From the NCBI GenBank assembly GCA_023267885.1, contig JALNLB010000002.1, forward strand, positions 44,334 through 108,333: DNA of 64,000 bases, written 5' to 3'. Source of the stretch: Candidatus Terraquivivens ruidianensis. GTDB lineage: Archaea > Thermoproteota > Nitrososphaeria_A > Caldarchaeales > Wolframiiraptoraceae. The notes beneath the pieces were generated by a model. That model was not told the DNA's origin. It searched no databases and saw nothing but the letters and a program-made list of their open reading frames with translations. This document shows, in pieces, positions 55,757 through 64,000 of the stretch. The translations under genes were made by a program, and so were the position numbers. Every line of letters starts with the position of its first letter. Positions within the stretch are counted from its first letter, which is position 1.

Positions 55757-57099
55757 TGTCGTTCTTGAGAAGGTATGCCGAGCTTAGGAGACAAAAGGGT
55801 AGCATAATGTGCATCTCGCTGGATGTGAAGAGGAAAGGGGAATCAAGGAGGGAGTATGTTGAGAGGTTGGAGCAGCTCGTGAAGCGGACGGCGCCGTATG
55901 CCGTAGCCTTCAAAGTGAACGAGAACTACACCAGACACCTAAGCATAGAAGACCACCAAGAGATGACGCAACTTTGTAGGTCGCTCGGAACGTTGACCAT
56001 ATACGACTGCAAGCTTTCAGATATAACGAGTACGGTTACGACGGGTATCGGCATAGTTAAGGACATGGGCTACGACGGTCTCACGGTAAACCCGATATTC
56101 GGGAACCTCTACCAAATGACAGATGCAGCTCACGGCTTGGGACTTGCCGTGTTCTCTGTTACCCTGCCATCAAGCCCCGAGTCCATAAGGCTGTTCAAGT
56201 TAAACATCAACGGTAGAAGGCTTTTTGAAATCCTTGCTGAGGATGCAAGGGCTTCGAGAACGGACGGCCTCGTCGTCAGCGCAACGGAAACGGCTTCGGC
56301 AGACGACATAAGCACCATAAGGAACGCTGTTGGTGAGGAGCCCGTAATCCTTTTCCCAGGTATAGGTGCACAGAGCGGCGACTTGGAGAAGGCAATCGTT
56401 TATGGCGGCTGGAACGTATTATTAAATGTTGGCAGGTCCATAGTCGAGTCTCCTGAGCCAGAAAAAGCCGCTGCTGAATACAGAGGCACCTTAACCGATG
56501 CCTGGATACGCATAAACGCTGCCCAAGAGATGCTCAATACTCCCGGCGTCTATCGCTACTCGCCAGACAAGCCCTTCGTACTCTCGAGCGGAAAGGAAAG
56601 CGACTACTACGTAGACGTCAGAGCCCTTTATTCGTATCCAGAGCCGAGAGGCAGGATAGCCGAACTGATGCTGGTGAAGATAAGCTTGGAGGGAAACGTG
56701 GATGCTGACAAAGTGGCCACGACGGAGACGGCTGGCATACCCATAGCATCGATAGTCGCCGACAGGTTATGCAAGGGTCTAGTGTACGTCAGGCATAAGG
56801 AGAAGGGCTATGGTACTGGAAAAAGGGTCGAGGGCGTGGTGCAGCATGGCGAAAGTATAATTTGCATCGACGACCTAACTACGACGGGCGAGACCGCGGA
56901 GGCTTGTGTCAGAGCTGTGTCGGAGCTAGGTGGGAAAGTACTTACGTACTATGTCGTGTTCGACAGGGAAGAAGGTGCGGCGGAGAGGCTAAGGAGCGTC
57001 GGCGTGAGGTTGTGCTACCTTGCCAACACGTCCACGCTCAGAGGTCTCATGAGAAAAAAGACGCTTAAAGGCATAGATGACCGGAAAACCTATATGTAG
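55756..57099 (+). CDS. pyrFE: Bifunctional OMP decarboxylase / orotate phosphoribosyltransferase (PyrF-PyrE fusion)
   Basis: The N-terminal half carries ISLDVK, AFKVN, YDCKLSDI, PGIGAQSGD and VGRSI. The C-terminal half carries FVLSSGKESDYYVD, TETAGIPIA and the PRPP loop IICIDDLTTTGET. It is a single uninterrupted 447-codon ORF. The ATG overlaps the upstream stop (TGATG). Confidence 0.9.
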   Translation: MSFLRRYAELRRQKGSIMCISLDVKRKGESRREYVERLEQLVKRTAPYAVAFKVNENYTRHLSIEDHQEMTQLCRSLGTLTIYDCKLSDITSTVTTGIGIVKDMGYDGLTVNPIFGNLYQMTDAAHGLGLAVFSVTLPSSPESIRLFKLNINGRRLFEILAEDARASRTDGLVVSATETASADDISTIRNAVGEEPVILFPGIGAQSGDLEKAIVYGGWNVLLNVGRSIVESPEPEKAAAEYRGTLTDAWIRINAAQEMLNTPGVYRYSPDKPFVLSSGKESDYYVDVRALYSYPEPRGRIAELMLVKISLEGNVDADKVATTETAGIPIASIVADRLCKGLVYVRHKEKGYGTGKRVEGVVQHGESIICIDDLTTTGETAEACVRAVSELGGKVLTYYVVFDREEGAAERLRSVGVRLCYLANTSTLRGLMRKKTLKGIDDRKTYM

Positions 57100-57122
57100 A
57101 CTCGGACACCGTCACCTTGGAC

Positions 57123-57488
57123 ATGTCTGGAGAGGACTTAGAACTCAAGAGAATACAGATGAGAAAGTTACGTCAATTGATGCAGGGCGTTCAGGAGGGT
57201 GAACAGCTTAAGAGGGTCGAGAAAGACCCGATGGAGAGGCTTAAGCCTTTCCTCGGCGATAGGGCGGAGGAGGTGCTTAACGCTGCCCTAGAGCAGTACC
57301 CTGAGCAAGCAAGGGGCATAATTAAAAAGCTGGTCGAGCTGGCAGAGAAGGGTGCCCTGCAGGGGAAGATTGATGGCGGGACGCTCTTCCAGCTATTCAG
57401 GAGGCTTGGCATGCGCGTGAGGCTTGAGACAGAAGTCCTGTTTTACAAGGAGGGCGAGTATAAAAGGCTCAGCGAGATGCTAAAATGA
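57123..57488 (+). CDS. PDCD5-like dsDNA-binding protein
   Basis: An acidic N-terminus with EDLELKRIQMRKLRQL, then a helical core with the size and pattern of the archaeal PDCD5/TFAR19 family. Confidence 0.6.
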   Translation: MSGEDLELKRIQMRKLRQLMQGVQEGEQLKRVEKDPMERLKPFLGDRAEEVLNAALEQYPEQARGIIKKLVELAEKGALQGKIDGGTLFQLFRRLGMRVRLETEVLFYKEGEYKRLSEMLK

Positions 57489-57515
57489 AGTTTAGGAAAT
57501 TTTTAAATATAAGAT

Positions 57516-57971
57516 TTGATTGCGGGCGCTTTAGGTGCACAACAAGTGTCTGAGAGTTTTGAAATACCCGAAGACCTACTCTATAGTAAGGACCATCAAT
57601 GGATTAAGGTTATTAAGAAAAAGATTGCCGTAATAGGAATAACGGATTATGCGCAAAAGAAGCTGCGCGATATAATCTACCTTGAGCTGCCCACCACTAA
57701 CCAGAAGCTGAAGCAAAAGGACACGCTCTGCACGATAGAATCCGTGAAAGTGGTATCGGAAATCTACACACCAGTTACCGGAAAGGTAGTCGAGGTGAAT
57801 AGCAACCTGCTCAACAAGCCTGAGCTGATAAATGACTCGCCCTATGAAGAGGGTTGGATAGTGAAGATGGAGATTTCTGACCCGAGTGAGTTGGAAAAGC
57901 TAATGGACGCTGAAGAGTATAGGCGCTACATCGAGAGCTTGGAGGAAGAGGTAGAAAAGTCAGAAGAGTAA
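57516..57971 (+). CDS. gcvH: Glycine cleavage system H protein (lipoyl carrier)
   Basis: YSKDHQWIKV, GITDYAQ and the lipoyl-lysine context IESVKVVSEIYTPVTGKVVEVN. The start codon is TTG. Confidence 0.9.
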   Translation: MIAGALGAQQVSESFEIPEDLLYSKDHQWIKVIKKKIAVIGITDYAQKKLRDIIYLELPTTNQKLKQKDTLCTIESVKVVSEIYTPVTGKVVEVNSNLLNKPELINDSPYEEGWIVKMEISDPSELEKLMDAEEYRRYIESLEEEVEKSEE

Positions 57972-58012
57972 TTCTTAAGAAGCTTTTATAGTCGGAAAGC
58001 GCCTAAGTTTTT

Positions 58013-60121
58013 GTGGAAGGGATAGAGCACCTTGTAAGGCCCCGTACCGTAGCCGTTGTGGGAGCTTCGAGGGAGTCGACGAAGATTGGCCACGTGATAC
58101 TCAAGAATATAATCGAGAACGGTTTCCCGAGAGAGCGTGTCTTCCCAATCAACCCGAACGTCGATGAGGTACTTGGCCTCAAGTGTTACCCGAGCCTGAA
58201 TGATGTTCCATCCAAGATCGACTTAGCGGTAATCGCAGTACCTGCTAACGTCGTCCCAAGAGTTATCGAGGATTGCGTCAGGAAGGGCGTGAAAGTTGCG
58301 GCCATCATATCTTCAGGCTTCAGAGAAGTCGGGAACGTCGAGGCCGAGATGAAGATTCTAGAAATCGCTAAGAGGGGCGGCGTGAGGATTTTAGGGCCTA
58401 ACATAGTGGGCTTAATCGATACGGTAGTTAGTCTAAACGCAAGCTTCCTACCATACCTTCCAGACAAGGGAGAGATCGTCATGATATCCCAAAGCGGCGC
58501 CTTAGCGGCAGCTCTACTCACTTGGACGAAGTTAAAGAGCATAGGCCTCTTGGACATCATAAACTTAGGAAACAGGGCTGACGTGGACGAGTCCGACCTT
58601 ATGGATTTCTTCTCTAAAGACCCCCACGCTAAGGCCATAGTGCTTTACTTGGAAGGGGTTGAGAACGGGAAGAAGTTTATGGAGGTTGCCAAGAGGGTTA
58701 GCAAGGAAAGGCCTATAGTCGTTCTAAAGGCGGGAAAGGGTGCGAGGGCTGCTGAGGCTGTAAAATCGCATACTGGCTCGCTGGCAGGCTCGGACGTCGC
58801 TTACGATGCCGTGTTCAAGCAGTGCGGTATCGTAAGGGCAAGTGACATACGGACGCTTTTCGACTATGCGCTGTCTTTGGCCATGCTACCAGACCCAAAA
58901 GGTGAGAACGTCGTGATACTGACGAACGGCGGTGGTGCGGGCGTTATGTGTGCTGACGCATGTGAGGAGCTAAAACTCCGTCTGATGGAAATTCCTGAGG
59001 ACTTAGCGTCGGCTCTAAGGAAATGGATGCCGAGCTTCGGCTCAGTCTTCAACCCGATAGACCTAACAGGGATGGCCACGGAGAAGGAATACTACGGGTC
59101 CATCTCGGTTTTGCTGAACGACGAAAGGGTCCATGCGCTCATAACGCTTTTCTCGCATCCAGCCACCCTCAACCCCATGAACGTCGCCGAGGCCATAGCG
59201 AGCTGCGTAAGCGAAGTGGGAAAAAACAAGCCGGTCGTGGCCGCATTCATCGGCGGCAAGGAGTGCGATGACGCTATGAAGTTTCTCATAAAAAACGGCA
59301 TACCTACCTTCGACACACCAGAAAGGGCGGTAGCGGCTCTCGCAACAAAGTATAGGTACATTTACTATAAAAATAGGCCAGCGGGCAAGCATCTTGAGAT
59401 TAAGAGGGAAAAGGACAGCGCATACGAAATCATAGTAAGGGCCCTCAAGGAAGGGAGGAACCTTACGCAGTCCGAGTCGTGCGAGGTCGCAAGCTTCTAC
59501 GGAATACCCACTCCAAAGAAATTTGTTGCAAAAAATTTAGAGGAAGCCCTCAGATTGGCAGATGACTTAGGATACCCGCTCGTCCTCGAGGTTGAATCTC
59601 CGGACATAGTTCACAAGACCGATGTGGGAGCGATAAAGCTCAACATAAGAGACAGGAGAGAGTTGGAGGATGCCTACGATGGGATTCTTAAATCCGTTAA
59701 GGAGAAAGCTCCAAATGCTAAGATAGAGGGCGTCGTGGTTAGGCCGTTCGTTAAAGAGGGAACGCAGGTTGCTGTGGGCATGCATAGGGACGAGGCTTTT
59801 GGGCCACTCGTTATGTTCGGCTCCGGAGGCGTTCTGGTAGAATTGTACAGAGACGTGTCCTTCAGGGTTGCTCCGCTCACGGATGTCGACATAGAGGAGA
59901 TGATGAGAGAGACGAAAGTCTATCGGGTGCTGGAAGGTTTCAGAGGCGCTCCGAAGGACGCGAACTCCGTGAAGAATGTTTTGGCGGCGGTGAGCCAACT
60001 CGCGCTGGACTTTGACATTATAAGCGACGTCGATATAAACCCGCTATTCGTCTATGAGAGCGGCTGCATGGCCTTTGACGTAAAGATGCTGTTGAAGGGT
60101 GTCAAGCGGCATAGCAATTAG
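58013..60121 (+). CDS. acd: ADP-forming acetyl-CoA (acyl-CoA) synthetase, fused alpha-beta
   Basis: CoA-binding N-terminus RTVAVVGASRES, phosphohistidine loop KSHTGSLAGS and a C-terminal ATP-grasp (YPLVLEVESPDIVHKTDVGAI). The start codon is GTG. Confidence 0.9.
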   Translation: MEGIEHLVRPRTVAVVGASRESTKIGHVILKNIIENGFPRERVFPINPNVDEVLGLKCYPSLNDVPSKIDLAVIAVPANVVPRVIEDCVRKGVKVAAIISSGFREVGNVEAEMKILEIAKRGGVRILGPNIVGLIDTVVSLNASFLPYLPDKGEIVMISQSGALAAALLTWTKLKSIGLLDIINLGNRADVDESDLMDFFSKDPHAKAIVLYLEGVENGKKFMEVAKRVSKERPIVVLKAGKGARAAEAVKSHTGSLAGSDVAYDAVFKQCGIVRASDIRTLFDYALSLAMLPDPKGENVVILTNGGGAGVMCADACEELKLRLMEIPEDLASALRKWMPSFGSVFNPIDLTGMATEKEYYGSISVLLNDERVHALITLFSHPATLNPMNVAEAIASCVSEVGKNKPVVAAFIGGKECDDAMKFLIKNGIPTFDTPERAVAALATKYRYIYYKNRPAGKHLEIKREKDSAYEIIVRALKEGRNLTQSESCEVASFYGIPTPKKFVAKNLEEALRLADDLGYPLVLEVESPDIVHKTDVGAIKLNIRDRRELEDAYDGILKSVKEKAPNAKIEGVVVRPFVKEGTQVAVGMHRDEAFGPLVMFGSGGVLVELYRDVSFRVAPLTDVDIEEMMRETKVYRVLEGFRGAPKDANSVKNVLAAVSQLALDFDIISDVDINPLFVYESGCMAFDVKMLLKGVKRHSN

Positions 60122-60175
60122 ATTTTCATACGCTCTCGACAAACTAATATACTTCTGTCTCCCTCCTATTGTCAA

Positions 60176-60508
60176 ATGGTTCTGGTGAAGGTTTACAGGA
60201 TTTCCAGCACCAACGACCCTGAGACTGGTAGACCTGGAAGGATTGTGGAGCTGGTCGAGGTCAGACGACACGGTGATAGGACTAGTGCGCTCGCTGAGGA
60301 TACTCTGATGTTGCAAAAGCTCATGCAGGGCGTGTTCCTTCAGATGCAGTCCATGGGCTTGCTACCCCACATGAGAGAGGTCGTTATACCAAAGATGACG
60401 TTGTTCCTTACAGAGGAGGAGTACGAGATGCTCAACGTGAAGCTCGAGGTGAACTATGTTTATGAGCTCCAATTCAAGGATGGAAAAATAACGTTCATTC
60501 CAGCCTAG
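60176..60508 (+). CDS. Hypothetical protein (110 aa)
   Basis: A clean ATG ORF in its own interval. I recognise no family. Confidence 0.5.
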   Translation: MVLVKVYRISSTNDPETGRPGRIVELVEVRRHGDRTSALAEDTLMLQKLMQGVFLQMQSMGLLPHMREVVIPKMTLFLTEEEYEMLNVKLEVNYVYELQFKDGKITFIPA

Positions 60509-61130
60509 AGTTGGCGTTTCTTCCTTTCAACCTAGACCTCACGTGTAAAACTCTTTGAATTATTACTAAGACGTTTATTGCTATCAACGCGGCGGAGAGG
60601 AGCATTATGGCGCGGGGAAGGAAGTATTCGGCTATGGATGCGGCGAAGAGTACGAGAATCCTCTCTGCCCTCTCGAAGAGCCCTACACCCTTCATCTCGA
60701 CGCCAAGGCCCTCAGCCCTCGCCCTCGAGTAGCTCACCAAGTATGAAGATAACAGCAGGAGCATACCAAGCAGGACATCCATGAAGCCAGCAAGGGTCAT
60801 ACCGACGATTATCGCAGCATCCTCTATCCTGTCGAGCATGGAGTCAGTGAATGCACCAAAGGCGGTAACCTTACCCGATGCCCTCGCAACAGCACCGTCT
60901 ATGGCGTCGAAGAACCCGGACACTAGTAGAACGACTGCGGCTAAGATTATCAGCTCGGGTACGTTGGCGGCTGCAAGGTAAAGGCCGGCCGATACTATGG
61001 CGAAGACGAGTCCAGACAAGCTTAGCGTGATAGGTTTTACACTGTGGCTAACCATGTAGCTGACAAGCCTGCCTGTCACCGCCTCGAAGAGTTTCCTTCC
61101 CTTTCCTCCCAACAGTGAGGCGTTTCCCAA
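60495..61130 (-). CDS. CDP-alcohol phosphatidyltransferase (archaetidyl-inositol-phosphate/serine synthase-like)
   Basis: Signature DAIDGAVARASGKVTAFGAFTDSMLDRIED (DGx2ARx8Gx3Dx3D) and multiple TM segments. The start codon is TTG. Confidence 0.85.
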   Translation of the reverse strand: MGNASLLGGKGRKLFEAVTGRLVSYMVSHSVKPITLSLSGLVFAIVSAGLYLAAANVPELIILAAVVLLVSGFFDAIDGAVARASGKVTAFGAFTDSMLDRIEDAAIIVGMTLAGFMDVLLGMLLLLSSYLVSYSRARAEGLGVEMKGVGLFERAERILVLFAASIAEYFLPRAIMLLSAALIAINVLVIIQRVLHVRSRLKGRNANSRLE

Positions 61131-61306
61131 AACGCATCACGTTGATGCCGTGTGTATCTTCTAATGGTTTAAAAGCTTGATTCGCACTACGTAAACTTTC
61201 ATGCGCAAACGTGCCCTAGGCTAATAATTACGCGTTATGTATTCTCTTGACTAATCTGAGTTCGGATTCAAACATGGGTAAAAGTTAGAATAGCAGAAAC
61301 GATACA

Positions 61307-61314
61307 TTTATATT
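61307..61314 (+). promoter_or_regulatory. TATA box for nrdDG
   Basis: TTTATATT is centred about 30 nt upstream of ATG 61341, which predicts a leaderless or near-leaderless mRNA. Confidence 0.5.
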
Positions 61315-61337
61315 TGGATGGATTATCCATCCAAATA
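61311..61337. promoter_or_regulatory. Perfect 27-bp palindrome (13-bp arms) between the TATA box and the nrdD start codon; candidate operator
   Basis: TATTTGGATGGAT-T-ATCCATCCAAATA was checked base by base, and all 13 arm pairs are complementary. It overlaps the TATA box and ends 3 nt before the ATG. Confidence 0.8.
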
Positions 61338-61340
61338 CCT

Positions 61341-63446
61341 ATGCTGAAAAGGATAATCAAAAGAGATGGAAGAACCGTAGAGTTCGAAGAGACGAAGATA
61401 GTAGAGGCGATATGGAAGGCTATGCGCTCTACGGGTGAACGGGATAGGACTTTGGCTGAAAACGTTGCCAAGAAGGTTGTCAGCGCCCTTGAAGAAAAGT
61501 TCGGGCCTAACGGGACGCCTACCGTAGAACAGGTCCAAGACCTTATCGAGAGAGTTCTCGTAGATTGTGGCCATTACATGGTAGCAAGGGCTTATGTTCT
61601 TCATAGAGCCTTACATGCCCAAATAAGGGACCTTGTGGACGGGTATCTTGAAAAAAGGACTTGGCTCGTGAAAGAGAACGCAAACACGACCTATTCCCTT
61701 CAGGCTCTAAACTTTCACATATCTTCTCAAGTGATTTCAAGCTATTGGCTTCATAGGATATACTACAAAAGGAATCCTAGAATCGTTGAGGCACATTATA
61801 AAGGGGATTTTCACATCCATAACCTTGGCATATTAGGGCCGTACTGCGTCGGATGGGACCTCCAAGACCTCCTGCTTACGGGGTTTAAGGGCGTCAGGGG
61901 AAAAACCTGGTCCAACCCAGCAAAACATTTTAGGGTCGCACTCGGACAGGCCACGAACTTCATCTTCACATTGCAGGGCGAGGCGGCCGGTGCTCAAGCT
62001 TTCTCGAACTTTGATACGTTCCTAAGCCCCTTCATAAGGTACGATGGCTTAGATTATAAGACAGTTAAGCAGGCATTACAAGAATTCATCTTTAATATGA
62101 ACGTTCCGACGCGGGTTGGCTTCCAAACACCATTTTCTAACATAACTTTAGACCTCACCATTCCGGAGTTCCTCGAGAATGAGCCGGTGGTGGTCGGTGG
62201 AGAGGTCAAGAATAATGTATATGGTGACTTTCAGGAAGAAATGGACATCTTTAACGTTGCGTTTGCTGAAGTAATGCTAGAAGGGGACGCCTCGGGGAGA
62301 CCATTCACGTTTCCTATTCCGACGATTAATGTAACGAAGGATTTCAGATGGGAAAGCGCTCCTGTCAAAAAGATTTTTGGGACATGCGCAAAATACGGTC
62401 TACCATACTTTGCCAACTTCATAAACTCTGACATGAGGCCCGACGACGTACGCTCGATGTGTTGTCGCCTTAGGATAGACACGAAAGAATTAAGAAGGAG
62501 GGGAGGTGGGCTTTTCGGGTCAAACCCTCTCACGGGTTCTATCGGCGTAGTAACAATTAACATGCCGAGGATAGGATATCTTTCAAAGGATGAGACGAGG
62601 TTTTTTGAAATGCTCATGGACAGGATGTTACTGGCCAAGGAGGCCCTGGAGATCAAGAGAGAATGGCTTGAGAGGCTTATCGAGGATGGCTTGTATCCCT
62701 ACTCGAAGTTTTATCTTAGAGAGGTTAAAGAAGCTTTCGGGAAATACTGGAAGAACCACTTTTCAACGATAGGGCTTGTTGGAATGAATGAGTGTTGCGT
62801 GAACCTCTTGGGATGTGGCATAGGGGATGCTGAGGGGTTAAGATTTGCGGAGAAAACTCTGGAGTTTATGAGGGGCGCGTTATTGGAATTTCAGGAAGAT
62901 ACGGGGAACTTGTACAACCTTGAGGCCACACCAGCCGAGTCTGCGGCGTATCGTTTGGCCAAAATCGATAAGAGCATATACCCGGACATATTTGTCGCGA
63001 ACGACGGGGGGGCTAAAACAGCATCGGAACCTTATTACACGAACTCTTCACAACTACCAGTATACTATACGGATGACTTATGGCAAGCGCTGAGGTTGCA
63101 GGAACCACTTCAGACGAAATACACCGGCGGGACAGTCTTCCATATATGGCTTGGAGAAAGCTATCCCCCGGTAGAGTCCATAGCGGCCCTTGTTAGAAAA
63201 GTTTGCGAAAACTTTAGAATCCCCTATTTTACGATAAGTCCAACTTTTAGCGTGTGTGAAGAGCACGGCTATATGAGCGGCAGGGTAATCGCCTGTCCAA
63301 AATGCGGAAGGTCTTCGGAAATCTATTCCAGAATCGTCGGCTACCTTAGGCCGGTTGACCAATGGAATATGGGGAAACAGGAGGAGTTTAGGCAGAGGAG
63401 GACATTTGACAGGACAGCTTTAGAGGATGGGGAAGGAGCCGCGTGA
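61341..63446 (+). CDS. nrdD: Anaerobic ribonucleoside-triphosphate reductase (class III)
   Basis: N-terminal ATP-cone (IIKRDGRTVEFEETKIVEAI), MCCRL catalytic region, C-terminal CPKCG zinc site and glycyl-radical motif SRIVGYLRP. ATG 61341 is preferred over TTG 61314. Confidence 0.95.
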   Translation: MLKRIIKRDGRTVEFEETKIVEAIWKAMRSTGERDRTLAENVAKKVVSALEEKFGPNGTPTVEQVQDLIERVLVDCGHYMVARAYVLHRALHAQIRDLVDGYLEKRTWLVKENANTTYSLQALNFHISSQVISSYWLHRIYYKRNPRIVEAHYKGDFHIHNLGILGPYCVGWDLQDLLLTGFKGVRGKTWSNPAKHFRVALGQATNFIFTLQGEAAGAQAFSNFDTFLSPFIRYDGLDYKTVKQALQEFIFNMNVPTRVGFQTPFSNITLDLTIPEFLENEPVVVGGEVKNNVYGDFQEEMDIFNVAFAEVMLEGDASGRPFTFPIPTINVTKDFRWESAPVKKIFGTCAKYGLPYFANFINSDMRPDDVRSMCCRLRIDTKELRRRGGGLFGSNPLTGSIGVVTINMPRIGYLSKDETRFFEMLMDRMLLAKEALEIKREWLERLIEDGLYPYSKFYLREVKEAFGKYWKNHFSTIGLVGMNECCVNLLGCGIGDAEGLRFAEKTLEFMRGALLEFQEDTGNLYNLEATPAESAAYRLAKIDKSIYPDIFVANDGGAKTASEPYYTNSSQLPVYYTDDLWQALRLQEPLQTKYTGGTVFHIWLGESYPPVESIAALVRKVCENFRIPYFTISPTFSVCEEHGYMSGRVIACPKCGRSSEIYSRIVGYLRPVDQWNMGKQEEFRQRRTFDRTALEDGEGAA

Positions 63447-64000
63447 GGATAGGAGGATTCCAAAAAGTAAGCTTGGTGGAGTATCCTGGAAAAGTTTCAA
63501 CCGTAGTCTTTACCGTAGGATGCAACTTCAGGTGTCCATTCTGCTACGTACCATGGCTCGTCATCCCGGATGAAGTTAAGGAGGTAAGGAAAGATGAGGT
63601 CCTCAGTTATATTAAAAGGAGAGCAGGATTAATTGATGCCGTGGTGGTAACTGGCGGAGAGCCGACGTTGCAGGAAAGCCTGCCGGATTTTTTTAGGGAG
63701 GTAAGGCGCATAGGCCTACTTACCGGGATAGAGACGAACGGGAGCAATTTCTTCATGCTGGAGAAGTTGGTCAGAGAAAGGCTCGTTGATTACGTCGCGA
63801 TGGACATAAAGACAGCGCTTGAGTACGAGAAGTATAAGAAGGTCACGGGAAGCATTCTAACGAGAGAGTTGTTCGAGAACGTGAAAAGGTCCCTTAGCTT
63901 GCTCATGGAATCAGGAATTTCGTACGAATTTAGGACGACGTTGGTGAAAGAGTATCATACAAAAGAAGACATAATCGAAATATGCAAAAGCATCGAGGGG
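63443..64000 (+). CDS. nrdG: Anaerobic RNR activating protein (radical SAM), truncated by the window end
   Basis: My hand translation from GTG 63443 (overlapping the nrdD stop, GTGA) gives VRIGGFQKVSLVEYPGKVSTVVFTVGCNFRCPFCYVP..VVVTGGEPTL. The frame is open to position 64000. Confidence 0.85.
   Translation, partial: MRIGGFQKVSLVEYPGKVSTVVFTVGCNFRCPFCYVPWLVIPDEVKEVRKDEVLSYIKRRAGLIDAVVVTGGEPTLQESLPDFFREVRRIGLLTGIETNGSNFFMLEKLVRERLVDYVAMDIKTALEYEKYKKVTGSILTRELFENVKRSLSLLMESGISYEFRTTLVKEYHTKEDIIEICKSIEG

Noticed and set aside
1-64000. A search for mobile elements, CRISPR arrays, tRNA/rRNA genes, inteins and defence genes
   Set aside because: I recognised none of the following:
- Transposase, integrase or Cas motifs in any ORF.
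- Regularly spaced repeats.
- Cloverleaf-like GTTCRAAT (T-arm) sequences in the gaps.

polB and nrdD are uninterrupted and of normal length. This rests on visual inspection only, so tRNAscan, Infernal and minCED runs would be needed to confirm it.

Overview
The window is a densely coded archaeal chromosomal segment with about 70 CDS on both strands, many with overlapping stop/start codons. The archaeal assignment rests on TBP, family-B DNA polymerase, ribosomal protein L15e, RNase P protein subunits Rpp30 and Pop5, prefoldin alpha, FtsY, a PDCD5-like protein and an ADP-forming acetyl-CoA synthetase. Lys/Glu/Arg/Val/Ile-rich proteins at roughly 50% GC suggest a thermophile, possibly of the Thermoproteota/TACK type, but lineage cannot be fixed from sequence alone. 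The content is mostly core metabolism and information processing:
- lipB-lpd-lipA, with gcvH about 53 kb away.
- leuB, leuCD, ilvD and mdh.
- sucCD, enolase plus glycerate 2-kinase, and thrB.
- A trpEGDCFA operon.
- A fused pyrF-pyrE.
- nrdDG.

I saw no rRNA, tRNA, CRISPR array, transposase/integrase or recognisable defence genes, and I cannot point to a convincing new multi-gene system.

The observations most worth a second look are:
- A single-ORF OMP decarboxylase-OPRTase fusion, translationally coupled to an AsnRS-like catalytic-core gene that has no canonical start codon.
- A perfect 27-bp palindrome lying between the TATA box and the ATG of nrdD.
- Two small zinc/cysteine proteins missed by the ORF track (a C2H2 finger, and a Cys-rich ORF ahead of larC), each with a well-placed TATA box.
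- An NAD-kinase-like protein with a variant GGDG motif and a C-terminal wHTH.
- A trp operon lacking trpB, with an unusually long leader that carries a Trp-containing mini-ORF.
- A CN-hydrolase/radical-SAM gene pair of unknown role.

First genes of transcription units mostly have a TATA-like box centred about 26 nt upstream of the start codon, which implies leaderless mRNAs. Internal genes use GGAGG/GAGGT-like sites or overlapping stop/start codons. All product calls rest on motif recognition by eye, because no searches could be run.
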